A stretch of DNA of 64,000 nucleotides, taken from assembly GCF_009914755.1 (NCBI RefSeq), contig NC_060925.1; one strand, written 5' to 3'. Positions 1 through 14,220 of the stretch are shown here, piece after piece. The DNA comes from the human T2T-CHM13v2.0 reference genome, Homo sapiens. The notes beneath the pieces were generated by a model. It saw nothing but the letters and a program-made list of their open reading frames with translations, had not been told where the DNA came from and searched no databases. The number at the start of each line of letters is the position of its first letter. Positions within the stretch are counted from its first letter, which is position 1. The translations under genes were made by a program, and so were the position numbers.

Positions 1-451
1 GTCACCTTTCCATGGGAGCCACAGCTACAGTGGGGCTGTCCAAGGTGCTGGCCAGACTGTCTTGCCTATTTCTCATTAATTAGCACTGTCCCTAGGTGGA
101 GAGCACCTTAAAGCCTTTCCTTATGGGTAGTTACTTGGTTACACTGTTATGCCATGTTAAAATAGGTGTTGCTTTGTTAAACAACAAGGAAGCCAGATGA
201 CCCGTAATGCTCACCTGTTTGATCCTGAACTGTACTTGCTACCCACTATCAAGGCTGTGATGAACATCATCATAATACACAGGAGTACCTTAACCTAGGT
301 ATACCTGAATTGGATCCATACTCTGTGTCCTTATTATGGCTCAATAAGATGTGCTACCCTTGTTCCTACGAAGCTCTTGAAAGGCTTACTAGCACCCAAA
401 GCCCTAGAGGGACAAGGTGTAGAGTTGGAAGATATCTGGTGTTGATTCAGA

Positions 452-662
452 CAGAGCAGTGTGGTTAAGCGTGCAGCTCTAGAATCTAACTGGGTTACCA
501 GCTGCAGCACCTTGGGACATTTTGGAGATAATAATTGTAGCTACTTTACAGGGGGGTTGTGAGGACGAAACTAGTTAAAAACATAAATTGTACTTAAATA
601 AATTAACATATTCAAAGTAGTTAGAAGAGGGCTCAACTCATAGTAAGTGTTCAATAAATGAC
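452..662 (+). mobile_element. MIR SINE
   Basis: Starts gtggttaagcgtgcagctctag and ends gttgtgagg...catagtaagtgttcaataaatg, matching the MIR head and tail. Confidence 0.75.
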
Positions 663-1564
663 AGGCATTTTGATGAAGGTGGTGAATGATTATTATAAGG
701 ACTGATGATAAAGATGTAATTTTGGATTTCAGCTCTGACACTTAGCTGTGGGATCTTAACTTCTCAAAATTTTTGCATTTTCGTATATAAAACAGGAACA
801 CATCCTTGTGATTATTAACTGAGGGAATGAAAAGGAAAACATAGCGCCGAACATGTAATAAATACACAATATAAATGATATTTTATTCTTATCTGCAGCT
901 CCCTTCTTTCCTAGGACTCAGCAGATGCCGAAATATTGTCTGAAAGAGTGTGTGGATGTGTGTGTGTGTGAATCTTTAACAACAGAAAGTGTAAAAGTCA
1001 CTTAATGAAATGATAGTGGGTTCATGGAAATGACTCTAGGGTCTCCTGTGTCCTGTTTGTCACAGAGAACTCCCTCTCATCCACTGCTTGTTGCTTTGCT
1101 GTTAAGAAGCTTTTGAGATAGATTAAAACAATAGCATCAACAGAGGTATAATTTTCTTCCATCCCTTTTTAATTAGCTGTGAACCGCAGGGCTAAGTGGC
1201 AACAGAATCAGAGAAGGCAGGAAGAGCAGAAAGCCACCATTTGAGTTCTTAGGATAAGAAGCATTTACTAAAAAACATTCTGAGAATTTGGATAAAAGAT
1301 TCTGCAAGTTGTTCTCTCATCTTTTTAAAAAACAAACCTCTGTCTGTCAGCTCACTGCCAATTCCAGCCTGGAAAATTGGCATGCATGTTTCGAGGATAG
1401 GAAGCAGAAAGTATAAATTTAAGAATTGCGGTAGAACACAGATGCATGAGTCAGTAGATCTTCGAAATGCTACAGACCATTTTTTGTGCGTGTTCTTTAA
1501 GTCTCAATCTTTCTGACCCTTAAGTTTCTCATCTAAAAAAATGAGAGATGGGTTAGAACATAGC

Positions 1565-1725
1565 TACTATTTGCCAAATACCTATCACATGCAGAGCCTC
1601 ACAACGATACTGTGAGGTATGTGTTTTATGTCCAAGTTTCAAAGCAGAAAACTGAGGCTTACAAAGCTGAATTTATTCAATGGCTCACAGCTTGAAAACT
1701 GTAGAACCTACCCAGCTATAACTCT
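1565..1725 (-). mobile_element. MIR SINE fragment
   Basis: cctcacaac...gtgaggt...cagaaaactgaggct is the reverse complement of the MIR core. Confidence 0.7.
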
Positions 1726-2181
1726 AGTTCTTTCTGAATTCTTTCCCTGCATCATAAGACTTCTCATCTTTAAAATCCCTTTCAACTTCATAAAGTTGCA
1801 TAATTTGTATACTGTTCAATTTTTAGTTAATCAGAGGCAATGCACTAATATGTATAAGTTCTTAAACCTTTCAGTATCATTCTTGTTTATCTGGAATAAT
1901 TTAAGAGAAAATTAAATAGTCTGGTTACGTGATCACCATAAGCATTATATGTATATAGATATTTTCACATAATTAGCAAAACTAATTTAAGAATTTATTC
2001 CGAATTTCTCATCCAGTGGGTAACAAATCCTGTAAGAACCATGAAATTTTTACAAAGAGTTCAAGAATATGAATGCCATCAAATATTGTCTGTAAACTAA
2101 AAAAAAGTCTTACCAATATATCACTTTACACTTTTCAAATGTACTTTTAGAGCTTCACAAATGTTAATATATGTATGTTTT

Positions 2182-2347
<166 letters not shown>

Positions 2348-2710
2348 TAATGTTTGTATTTACATAACATCCAAGTTCATTTAAAAATGACACTATACTA
2401 TTCATTACAGCTTTTAGTTCTCATATCCAACAGATATCAAAGTATAAGTATCCTCATGCATCACAAAACTTATTGATGTTAAAAAGGAGTCCTCAGTGTA
2501 AGCTAAGTTAAAAACTGCTTCTTTACATATAAGATTGTAAGGTACTTGAAACTATGCTGTTTCATTTGATTCTTGCAATCAAATCAACAATCATCATATA
2601 GTACTTTTGAGACCAGGATTCTACCTAGTTATTAACTTTCTGCTTGTTAGGTTCTAGTTAAATGGGGATTTACACTCTTCTACTTTAGATCAGTTTTGTG
2701 CTTTAGATAT

Positions 2711-3089
2711 TGCTACAGGCTGAATATTTGTGTCTCTCCAACATTCATTATTGACATCCTAATCCACAATGTAATGGTATTAAGAGGTGGGGCCTTTAGT
2801 AAGTGATTAGGTCTTAGAGGTAAAGCCTTTATAAATGGAATTCACGCCCTTAATGGGAATCTAATGAGATGAAAGAGACTCCAGAAAGCTCTCTCACCTC
2901 TTCTACCATGTGAGGACACAGAGAGAAGGCACCGTCTATGAAATAGAAAGAGTTCTCACCAGACATCAAATCAGATGGTGCCTTGATCTTGGACTTCCAG
3001 CCTCCATAACTATGAGAAATAATAGCTTATTGTCCATAAGCCATCGTGTCTATGGTAGTTTGTTACAGCAACCTGAATGGACCAACACA
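2711..3089 (+). mobile_element. MaLR solo LTR, MLT1A-like
   Basis: TG...CA ends; tgctacaggctgaatatttgtgtc start, gaggtggggccttt, ttggacttccagcctcc, gttacagca...aca end. Confidence 0.85.
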
Positions 3090-3829
3090 AAGACTATAGT
3101 CAATAAATCCTAAAAGGGCAAAGAAAAATGGATCTCACCTAGAGGTGAGAGAGCTTGGCTTCAGGAGCAGCCAAAAAACACATGGTAGAGAATACTACAG
3201 CCACCAACATTTTCCTCCTTCAAAGGGTCAGCTTTGCCAGTGGGGGTCACCCTGAATCGCTGCAGTGGGAATAGCAACATGGAGAAAATGCCAATTTTCC
3301 CGGGGCTCCTTGCTGGGATATTCTGAAGCCACAATCAAATCTTTAATTTAAAACATGAGAAAAGGATATCTACGGCGCTTGAGGAAAACTGCCATTGATG
3401 GGGACCCGCCACTTTTGGAGATAATTTCAGCTAAAATCAGCAGATTACCCAGAAGATACTATAGAAAGCTGGTGCTTAATCAACATGAATAAGAAATACT
3501 TTCCCTTTGAATCCAAAGCTCACAGTCACTCCCTTTCAAATTCAACCTCTAAGATCTAAACTGGTTGTAGTAAACAAAGCTCTTAATCCATAGGAACTTT
3601 GATATCTTAGATTTCTGGTGCAATGACCTTTATGGAAACTCACCATGCAATTTTCAAATTATCTGTGTCCCTGAGGTCTGTCACAGATATCCAGAGCCTT
3701 CCAAGAAACCCACAATTTCCTATGAGAGACAAAAAAAAACTTCATTGACTATGTAGATTGAAAATTAATTCCCCATAGGAAAAACAAATGTTATCTGAAA
3801 GCCCCCTGGACTTTACTACAGACCACAGA

Positions 3830-4035
3830 GCTACCATTTATTGTAGTGGTTTCAGGACATTTTTGCTTCTTTGAATCAGTTTGATCCTCATGACAGTGAA
3901 TCAGGGAGGTGGGTGTTACATCATCAGCCCCATTTACAGATGAGAAACAAAACCAAGGAGGCATTCTGAGAGGTCAGTTTGTCTAGGCATAAGCAAGGCA
4001 AGACTTGGATCTTTTGGCTTCATGAGAAGTGTTTT
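3830..4035 (-). mobile_element. MIR SINE
   Basis: ccccatttacagatgagaaac core in reverse orientation. Confidence 0.7.
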
Positions 4036-4299
4036 TTCTACTCTTTGCTGTCTGCCTTCAACAATTGCTGAGTTTCCCTTGACTTGGACAAAATTTGTCT
4101 ATTGTTCACAAACTCCCTTATTTGCTTTCCTGCACACTGCCTGTCTCTACTTATGAGTGTCTTGAGCTGAAATGGGCAGACTTCCTACCTTGCCTTTGCT
4201 GAAGGTCAGCTGCTTATTCCTATTTCATCAGACCTGATTTTCATGACTATCCTTTGACAGTAACAACTAGCTAGGTCTAGAGTTCTGAAAAATTATAAG

Positions 4300-4512
4300 G
4301 TACATGGTGTAGTGTGAGGGAAAGGGCCAGAAGGCCTAGATTCCAGCCTCAGCAATTCCACTTGCCAGCTTGGCAACATCAGGCCAGTTGTTAAACTCTT
4401 TGAGTCTCAGTTAACTCATCTGTAAGACAGGAATGATATTATCCCATCTCTATCACAGGAGTTTTGGGGAAAATGAAATGAGGTCAGAAATATCAAAGTA
4501 TTTTACAAATTA
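4300..4512 (+). mobile_element. MIR SINE
   Basis: tctcagttaactcatctgtaa core plus MIR-like flanks. Confidence 0.7.
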
Positions 4513-4777
4513 TACATAGCTGAATTCTGTCAAAGGCATATAGTTATTTTGTATCCGGGATCACAAATCAAATGTCTTCAAGATATTTGTAAAGAAGTGT
4601 AGCAATAAAGTTTAGTAAAATTGTGAATGGTGGGTCTGAAATCCACAGAAGAGGGCAGGTCCCACCAATGGCAATATCTTTCATTATGTACCAATAATAA
4701 TCAGTTAGCCAAACCAGATATACCTGCTAGTCAAATTTGGTTTATGAGGCATCAGTTTGTGAACCCCATTTCCACTA

Positions 4778-5453
<676 letters not shown>

Positions 5454-5730
5454 AAATACTTTCAAAGGGTATAAGTAAGTATAACTAGTTATATCAGCCA
5501 ACAGAAGGTCTTCTCTTGAGATGGCCTCAGGATCTGACGCCAACTGGATTTGGAGAGAAAAACAAGAAAGAGCTATGTTTATGAACACTTTCTGAGCAGC
5601 CAAGTCACTGGGAGCATCTCTTGATATAAGGACATAGGAAAGGTGTTCTTTGTGTGGGCCACACAGGCCCTCACATTCACCTATAGCCTTAGTCAGCCAT
5701 ATGTACACATGTTCCTGAGCATGTACACAC

Positions 5731-5803
5731 ACACAAACTAAGCTAGATTCTGCATATTTCTTCATGCACATACACAAACTAAGCTATATTCTGTATATTT
5801 CTT
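5731..5803. repeat. 41-bp-period tandem duplication
   Basis: acacaaactaagctagattctgcatatttctt and acacaaactaagctatattctgtatatttctt. Confidence 0.8.
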
Positions 5804-5829
5804 TAAACAGTATACACTCCAATATGCAC

Positions 5830-6315
5830 AAGTCCTGATCGCTGGAGCCTATTTATGTTGCCTTATTTAGAAAAAATCTGTCTTTATAGATGTGATTAAG
5901 TAAAGGATTCTGAGATGGGGGGACTAGTATGAGTTATCCATGCAGACCCTAAATGTAAAAACAGGTATCCTAATCAGAGAGAGTAATAGGGAAATTTGAC
6001 ACATAGATATTTACACAAAGAGGAGGTGATGTGAAGACAGGGCAGAAAGAGATTTTAAGACATTGGCCTTGAAGATTGAAATGATGTGGCCACAAGCTAA
6101 GGAATGCCTGCAGCCACCAGAAGCTCAAAGAGGCAAGGACTGCATTCTCCCCTAGAGCCTTCAGAGGCAATGCAGGCCTGCCAACACCTTGATTTAGGCC
6201 CAGTGAAATTGATTTGATACTTCTAGCCTCCAGAACAATGAGATAATAAATTTCTGTTGTTTTAAACCACCAGATTTGTGGCAATTTGTTACAGATGCTG
6301 CAGGAAGCTAATACA
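5830..6315 (+). mobile_element. MaLR LTR, MLT1C/D-like
   Basis: gatgtgattaagtaaaggattctgagatggg, gccacaagctaaggaatgcc, cagccaccagaagct, ends gttacag...ctaataca. Confidence 0.85.
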
Positions 6316-6459
6316 ATAAATATACATCTTCTAAACACATACTCTATACATGTACATTACATAGACATGTCAAATGTACATCAATTTTAAGTACACAAAG
6401 CCCTTAAACACAACAGATACATCTCCCTGAAAATGATACTTCTTATACACATCCTAAAA

Positions 6460-7320
6460 CCTGGCATCACCATCTACCCTGTGACTCAAAAACTAGGGTT
6501 GTTACTCTTGTTTCCCCTTGAAACCTGAATAAAGAGTCCTTTAACAAGTTCTTCTGGGTCTACCTTCAAAACATCCCCAATCTATTCACTTCTTTCCACA
6601 TTCACTACTAGCGTTCTTCTCCAAGTCGCCATCATTTCTTTCCCAGACTTTTATATTAGCCTCCAAGCAGTCTCTGTCACCATCACCATTCTTGCCTCCC
6701 TATAGTGACTTCTCCAGATAATACCCAGCATAGTCTTTTAAAATCCTTAATGGGATCATTTCACTCTCTTACCATAGACCCTCCCAAAATGGCTACTCAA
6801 TTTTTCCAAATAAATCCAAACTCCTTACCATTTCATAAAACACCCAGTATGACCTGACCTTCTTCCCCCTCTCTGACTTTATTTCACCCCACCCCTGCCT
6901 CCTTGTCCTTGATCCAGGCACACTAGCCTTCTTTCTGCTCATGAAACACGCCAAGCTCATTTCTGTCTCAGGGCAATTATGTTTGCTGTCCTCACAACCT
7001 CATCCCCAGATTTTCATTTGACTGTCTCCTCATTTAGATTTCAGCTCAGATGTCATCTCCTCAGAGAGAGCTTCCCTGCCCATCCCCAACTTCACCCCAA
7101 TAGCTCTCCATTTCATTACCCCATTTTATTTTCTTTGTTTAACACTGAGTGCCATTTTTAAGTCTTTGGGCATTTATTGAATTGTGTCTCATCTACCTCC
7201 CCTCACTCAAATAAAAGTGCCATGAAAGCAGTGACTATGTCTTGTTCACTGGTGTATCTCTGGAGTCTACAACAGCACCAGCATATGATGGACACAAATA
7301 CTTACCAATTTAATGAATGG
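6460..7320 (+). mobile_element. L2 LINE 3' portion
   Basis: Pyrimidine-rich L2 body; tcagctcagatgtcatctcctcagagag; ends in a tgaatg-type tail. Confidence 0.8.
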
Positions 7321-7505
7321 CTCTCAACTTTGGTTTAGAATGTTATATATATATAGATATATAGATAGATATATATATAATACCAATTCCTAGGTGCCGT
7401 CTTAGACATTCTGAATTGGAAATTTTAGGCAGCAAGACTCCACAATTTATATATTGAAAAAGACCCCTAGGTGATTTGACAGGTAGCCAGAATTGAAAGC
7501 CACTG
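7318..7505. mobile_element. MER5-family hAT MITE with internal (TA)/(TAGA) microsatellite
   Basis: ggctctcaactttgg ... cctaggtgatt ... ttgaaagccactg. Confidence 0.6.
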
Positions 7506-7844
7506 ACTTAAACACCTAATCAATGTGCATATGCCTTACATACATACCCATGGCCCACATGCATATGTCTTGCACATATATCTTCCATACCAGATATCAT
7601 CTATACATTTATGTGTCCACTGTTTTTACACATTTGTTATGTATACCACATACAAAAATACTCCATACATGATTATTATCCATAATATATAGATATATAG
7701 TAATCCATATATATAGTAATTCCTATTATAGCAAAACTGCCATTTCCTGAGTGTCTACTTTATGCCAGGTACTGCAACTGGTGTATAGCTTGGAGATACA
7801 AAGGCCTAGTCCCAGCTTTAAAAAAACTCACAGCCTACAATAAC

Positions 7845-8177
7845 TGCTATGGACTGAATGTTTGTATTCCCCTCAAATTCATGTGTCGAAATCTTAACCC
7901 CCAATATGATGGCATTAAGAGGTGGGACCTTCGGGAGATTAAGTTGTGAAGTTGGAGCCCTCATGAATAGGATTAGTGCCTTTACCTTTAAAAGACACAA
8001 AGACATAATGAGAGGACAACCAACAGCAAAACCAGAAAGTGAGTCCTCACCAGACACTAGATGTGCCAGCACCTTGATCTGGACTTCCCAGCCTCCAGAA
8101 CCATGAGAAACAAATGTCTGTTGTTTAACTCACCCATCTGTGATAATATATTACAGTAGCCTGAACTCACTAAGACA
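7845..8177 (+). mobile_element. MaLR solo LTR, MLT1A-like, nested in a - strand L2
   Basis: tgctatggactgaatgtttg start, ctaagaca end, 5-bp TSD ATAAC/ATCAC. Confidence 0.9.
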
Positions 8178-8534
8178 ATCACTGAAGCAGACCACTGCAA
8201 TCCAAGGTGTTGAGTGTTTAAAGAGGGCAATACTGAACCCTGTGGGCATACAGATAGGAAAGCAAAAGACTGTTAGACTGACAAAGTCATATTCCAATTG
8301 AAGCAGGCAAAACATGACTTGTGTCCTGAAGGATAGAAGTTATTTAGGCTAGGAGGAGTAATAAAAAGGGAATGGTACTTGATGCAAGGGAAAAGAATGT
8401 GCAAGATATAGCAGCTAGGGTATATGGTTTGTATAGGGATATGCAAATTATTTAATTTACTTGTTTATTAAACAGAAGTTTGACTGCTTATCATGTCTCA
8501 GGTACTATGCTAAATACAGCTGAGAACAAAGGCC

Positions 8535-8633
8535 CAGACTCATGACACCAGAATCTCTAAGGGTGGGATCCGATGAAATGTATTATAAAACTTTCTAGAT
8601 GATTATGATGCACAGCAGGGTTGAAAACCACTG
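8535..8633. mobile_element. MER5A fragment
   Basis: cagaatctctaagggtggg...gatgcacagcagggttgaaaaccactg. Confidence 0.65.
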
Positions 8634-9649
8634 GTCTAGATGAATTCACTTTGCTGGCTTCCACAGAAAAGAAGTAAAGGGACTGACTGAATAAAAACCA
8701 AGCTGTCCAGTCCGTAACACTACAAATGTGCTTTTGACAAACTTAAGGACTTCAAAGACAATTGCCAATTCATCCTTACCTACTAAGGGCAGCCAGCAAT
8801 ACTTCCAAGAACTATAGTGCTGTCAACATCGGAGACTTCTTTGCTCCAGCTGGGTCACTGTTCACTGAATCCCTGACCTGGGCAAGTTGGTGCAAGGCAC
8901 TTCTTGGCAACGCCAAGTCTTAGAGCACCAAGCCCCCCAAGATGGAGGGCCGTATAACCTTGGGACCAGGAGCTTCAGACTTCGTGGACTAGGTTGAAAT
9001 TTTAAAGAACTGGGGGCTTCTCTGGTTTTTCATTTCCCTGGACTGCACTCTGAAAGTTGGGTCAGAACTAGCCCATCTCCCTTCCGGCTCTCAGGCTACC
9101 TCACATGATAGAAAGCAGTGCACCACTCAGCAGCCACCACCAAACCATCTCAGTAATAACAGGTTCACCTCCTCTGTCTCCTTCATTTGAGGGGAAATAT
9201 TGCCTGAGGCACAAGCAAAGCTTCAAATTGATTTAATTTAAAATTTCAAACTGCTGTATGCAGCTTTGCTCGACTGCCATCTGCTTTTCCAGTATGCAAT
9301 GACACCAAGCCTGTTTTTATTGTGTTTGCTCAACCAAGTCCACCAGTGAAATATTAATAATTTCCCCAGCGTCTGGTTGGTTTGCGTGCTTGGGATGATA
9401 TCCAAACATTCATCAGGCTCATCAAAGTTATGAGCAAAATAATTTTTCTCCTTAAGCGGGAAGGAGAGGAGGGATCTGGATTTTTATTAGTGGTGCATAT
9501 CACTATGTGACACTTTTAGCTTTCTCTGCACCGAAAAAGAAAGCAACTGCATTGCTTCTGGCCCCAACATTAGATATACTTTCTCTGTAGAGAGGTAGTT
9601 TTTCAGCCAAGCAAGGAAATAAGTAATCTGTGAAGATGTAAAATGGGTG

Positions 9650-10060
9650 CCATCCCTAATGCCTCTCTTTGCCTCACTCATCACATGCAATTTGACATTA
9701 AGTCTTGTTGAGTCTGTCATTATTCTTGGGTTCATTTCCTTCTCTCCATTACCACTGCCACTGTTTTAATCCAGATCCTTGCCAAGTAATCTGGATTACC
9801 ACAATAAGATGCCTCTGGTCTCCTAACACTCATGAAATCAGTTTCCCTTTCCTCTCCCAATCACCAGAAATGGAGTTTGTAACTTTCAACATGATTTCAT
9901 CAGTCATTTGCTCCAAACTCTTCCATGGCTCCCCACTGCCCTATCCTAAGGTCCACATTCTTTTGTACAGGTTACAATGCTTGTTTCTCCTTCCATTTCC
10001 ACTCTACTATCCTATGCCTCAGCCAATCAGTATTCTCCTGGGGCAACAAACCCACTCCTG
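9650..10060 (+). mobile_element. L2 fragment
   Basis: ctggattaccacaata, caaactcttccatggctccccactgcc. Confidence 0.6.
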
Positions 10061-10649
10061 CCCACTGGTGTTTGTTCAAGAGAGATCTATAGAGAATTCC
10101 ACACAATGATTAGCTAATAGCATAGTTCCAGAAAGGATGGCTGTCATTATTGTCACCCTTATTTTTTAAAAAACAGAGATATCCAGATCACCCTGATTAA
10201 TCCCTGTCTTCATTAAAAGCATTCCTCTCCTCTTTAGAGGAAGAAAAGAATAGACTGACTTCATTTGTTTCCTTCAATTTGGGGCCAGGAAAGAATGGGT
10301 CCTACCCGCAACATTGTAGATAAGAGGCCACATTGCAAAGTTGTTAAGAGCTCTGCAACAAGACATCCAGGTTAAAATGCCGACTCTGCCACTTACTAAT
10401 CAATAGATTTGAACACTAAGAATAGAATTTGGCACATAGTGAACACTCAGTTAGCAATGGAGTAATAAGTCTAATATATACACATCTCTGAAAGCAGAAC
10501 ACAGATTTGTACATTCTCAAAGGGACCACAGGTTCTCACCATACAATGCCTTTGCTGACGACATTCCCCCGGACCCACCACAAGAATTGCCTTCATCCAT
10601 AATTATCCACCTGGAGAAAGGCTGTGTCTTCTTTAAGAACCAGATGAGA

Positions 10650-12458
10650 TAAGTGAACTCCCATTCACAATTGCTACAAAGAGAATAAAATACCTAGGAA
10701 AACAACTTACAAGGAATATGAAGGACCTCTTCAAAGAGAACTACAAACCACTGCTCAACGAAATAAGAGAGGACACAAACAAATGGACAAACCTTCCATA
10801 CTCATGGATAGGAAGAATGAATATCGTGAAAATGGCCATACTGCCCAAAGTAATTTATAGATTCAATGCCATCCCCAACAAGCTACCACTGATTTTCTTC
10901 ACAGAATTGCAAAAAAATTACTTTAAAGTTCATATGGAACCGAAAAAGAGCCTGCATAGCCAAGAAAATCCTGGGCAGGAAGAACAAAGCTGGAGGCATT
11001 ATGCTACCTGACTTCAAACTACACTACAAGGCTACAGTAACCAAAACAGCATGGTACTGGTACCAAAACAGACATATAGACCAGTGGAACAGAACAGAGG
11101 CCTCAGAAATAACACCACACATCTACAACAATCTGATCTTTGACAAACCTGAAACAAATAAGCAATGGGGAAAAGATGCCCTATTTAATAAATGGTGCTG
11201 GGAAAACTGGCTAGTCATGTGCAGAAAACTGAAACAGGACCCCTTCCTTACACCTTATATAAAAATCAACTCAAGATGGATCAAAGACTCAAACGTAAGA
11301 CCCAGAACCATAAAAATCCTAGAAGAAAACCTGGGCAATACCATTGAGGACACAGGCACCGGAAAAGACTTCATGTCTAGAACACCAAAAGCAATGGCAA
11401 CAAAAGCCAAAATTGACAAATGGGATCTAATTAAACTAAACAGCTTCTGCAAAGCAAAAGAAACTATCATCAGAGTCAACAGGCAACCTACAAAATGGGA
11501 GAAAAATTTTGCAATCTATCCGTCTGACAAAGGGCTAATATCCAGAATCCACAAAGAACTTAAACAAATTTACAAGAAAAAAACAAACAACCCCATCAAA
11601 AAATGGGCAAAGGATATGAACAGACACTTCTCAAAAGAAGACATTTATGCAGCCAGCAGACATATGAAAAATGCTCATCATCACTGGTCATTATGGAAAT
11701 GCAAATCAAAACCACAATGAGATACAATCTCATGCCTAGAATGGCGATCATTAAAACATCAGGAAACAACAGATGCTGGACAGGATGTGGAGAAATAGGG
11801 ATGCTTGTACATTGCTGGTGGGAGTATAAATTAGTTCAACCATTGTGGAAGACAGTGTGGTGATGCCTCAAGGATCTAGAACTAGAAATACCATTTGACC
11901 CAGCAATCCCATTACTGGGTATATACTCAAAGAATTACAAATCATTCTACTGTAAAGACACATGCACACATATGTTTATTGCAGTACTATTTACAATAGC
12001 AAAGACTTGGAACTAACCCAAATGTCCATCAATAATAGACTGGATAAAGAAAATGTGGCACATATACACCATGGAATACTATGCAGCCATAAAGAAAGGA
12101 TGAGTTCATGCCCTTTGCGGGGACATGGATGAAGCTAAAAACCATCATTCTCAGCAAACTATCACAAGAACAGAAAACCAAACACCACATGTTCTCACTC
12201 ATAAGTGAGAGTTGAACAACGAGAACACATGGACATAGGGAGGGGAACATCACAGACCAGGGCCTATGGGGGATGGGGGGCTAGGGGAGGGATAACATTG
12301 GGAGAAATACCTAATGTAGGAGACAGGTTGATGGGTGCCAGCAAACCACCGTGGCATGTGTATACCTACGTAACAAACCTGCACGTTGTGCACATGTACC
12401 CCAGAACTTAAAGTATAATTTTAAAAATAGAATAATACATAAATAAAATAAAATAAGA
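10650..12458 (+). mobile_element. 5'-truncated L1PA (about L1PA7/8) LINE-1 with 15-bp TSD
   Basis: ORF2 C-terminal half, 3'UTR with G-rich tract and A-rich tail; TSD AAGAACCAGATGAGA 10635-10649 / AAGAATCAGATGAGA 12459-12473 at a TTT|AAGA endonuclease-type site. Confidence 0.97.
10652..11990 (+). pseudogene. Disrupted LINE-1 ORF2p C-terminal fragment (end of RT region to Cys-rich domain)
   Basis: Peptides [38 protein letters not shown] and [30 protein letters not shown] are split over three ORFs by frameshifts near 10915 and 11668; 5' half absent. Confidence 0.93.
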
Positions 12459-12499
12459 AAGAATCAGATGAGAAGTCACTTCCTCCAGCATGCCTTGAC

Positions 12500-12655
12500 A
12501 GGCATATAATGGAATGGGATTTGGTGTCTGGCTTTGAATTGCAGCATTATCACTTGCTATCTACATTATGTTAAGTACATTGATAACCCACCTAAGTCTC
12601 ATTTTACTCATCTGTAAAATGGGGATAAAATTAGCCTTCCTGCAGGTTGGTTATG
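12500..12655 (+). mobile_element. MIR SINE
   Basis: ctcatctgtaaaatggggataa core. Confidence 0.7.
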
Positions 12656-12879
12656 TGTCCCACTCAATACATTTTGATTCCCCTAATTCCTTCTTTAGAT
12701 CCCTAATGTCAGTGGAATTTATTTAAACCCTCTTCTGAGCTCCCCCTAAAATTTACACACTTCTATTATTCTATAATTCCTCTATTTTATGAACAAAAAG
12801 AAAGGACTTGTTCATATCTTGAGTAGATTATTTTGACCTTGCCTGACCAGTGCCTCTCTGTCCAGTCTTGGTCTCTAGA

Positions 12880-13260
12880 TTTCTATTTACTCAGAGTCAT
12901 CATCTAACCAATACATATCAGATCAAGGCACTCTCCTCAGAGCAACCATTGATTGAATCCCTTCATCCATAAATCAAGTTCAAACTGCTTGGAATGCTAT
13001 TTAAAGTTCATAATGCTATTTAAAGTTCATGGCAAGCTTGCCATGCCAACCCCAACTCCAACCACTACCACACACTCTCAGTAATTACTGTCCCTATTGT
13101 CCCCAGAATCAGCCATGGACTCTAAGCTCTGACTCAAGAGTCATCTCTACATGGAATGCTCTTTTATTACCTTCTCATCAATTGAAATTCTACCCCAATA
13201 TCTAAGGTCTAGGTGAAATATCCCCCACTTTTCCCAAGCACTTCCTTATCTCCACTCTTC
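12880..13260 (+). mobile_element. L2 fragment
   Basis: aaatcaagttcaaactgctt, tggaatgctcttt, ttctacccc...aaggtc motifs. Confidence 0.55.
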
Positions 13261-13730
13261 CCCATCTCCCAACAATTGGGAACAATGAAATAAATTAACA
13301 AATGGGGAGAATGACATCTCTTAGCCACCAATTAGTAAATGGAAGAAATGGGTTTCAAATTAGAAGCTTCTCATTCTAATGCACCCACTCATGCTTTCTT
13401 GCCCCTATCCCATGTTGCTTCTCCACCCTCTTCACTCCTATACCCATAACAGCAAGGAACTCCAGAATGCTCAGATACTGTAGGTGTCTGAAACTGTTAG
13501 TCTTGTAGAGTCATCTGCTTCTTTGCTTCTCTTTCCATTCCTGATAAAATGGATATGAAATGGCATATGATGCAATGGGGCAGTTTTATATGTTGCTGGC
13601 AGAAATGTAAGTGGAGGGAATTTCTGGAAAGCAGTTCGGCAGTATGTATTAAAAGTCTGCAAAATAGTCATAGTTTTTACTTAGTCATTCCTTTTCTGTA
13701 AATCTGTTTTAATAAACTAGTAAAAAGTAA

Positions 13731-13852
13731 CTCTCTCTCTCTCTCTACATGTATATATGTATATATATATACACACACACACACACACATAGATATAGAT
13801 AGATAAACATATATATATATGAATATAAAGAGATAGATACATACATACATAC
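13731..13852. repeat. Compound microsatellite (CT)n(AT)n(AC)n(ATAG)n(ATAC)n
   Basis: Read directly from the sequence. Confidence 0.9.
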
Positions 13853-13919
13853 AAGGATAATATGACAGGGAAAGTTCAAAATTAGCCTAAATGCTTAAAA
13901 ATACATAAATAGAAGTATT

Positions 13920-14152
13920 TAAACACTTCAATTCTAGAGTCAGAGAGAACAAACCTAGCTCTACTTTATAATACTTATATTATCTTAGGTACATTATTTA
14001 ACCTTTCTGTTCATTATTTGCCTCATCTGTATACTCATCTCTATAAAGGCATACTAAAATCTACTTCATAGGCTTACCATGAGGATTGAAAGAGATTTTA
14101 TAGGGAAAGGATATAACTCACAGTCTAATACATTAAATGTTCTCAATAAATA
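13920..14152 (+). mobile_element. MIR SINE
   Basis: cctcatctgta, tgaggattgaaagag, ctcaataaat tail. Confidence 0.7.
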
Positions 14153-14157
14153 TAAGC

Positions 14158-14220
14158 GAAGAAGGAGGAGGAGGAAGAGGAAGAAAAGAAGAAAGAGGAG
14201 GAAAAGAAGGAGGAGGAGAA
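14158..14220. repeat. (GAG/GAA)n polypurine tract
   Basis: gaagaaggaggaggaggaagaggaagaaaagaagaaagaggaggaaaagaaggaggaggagaa. Confidence 0.9.

Noticed and set aside
8441-8448. Isolated octamer ATGCAAAT (also near 26571 and 53992) and scattered AP-1 TGAGTCA sites
   Set aside because: Seven- to eight-base words are expected by chance in 64 kb of AT-rich DNA and have no supporting partner motif.
10718-11863. L1 ORF2 pieces as an active reverse transcriptase gene or novel RT system
   Set aside because: The copy is 5'-truncated, lacks the endonuclease and most of the RT domain, and has at least two frameshifts; it is an ordinary dead L1.
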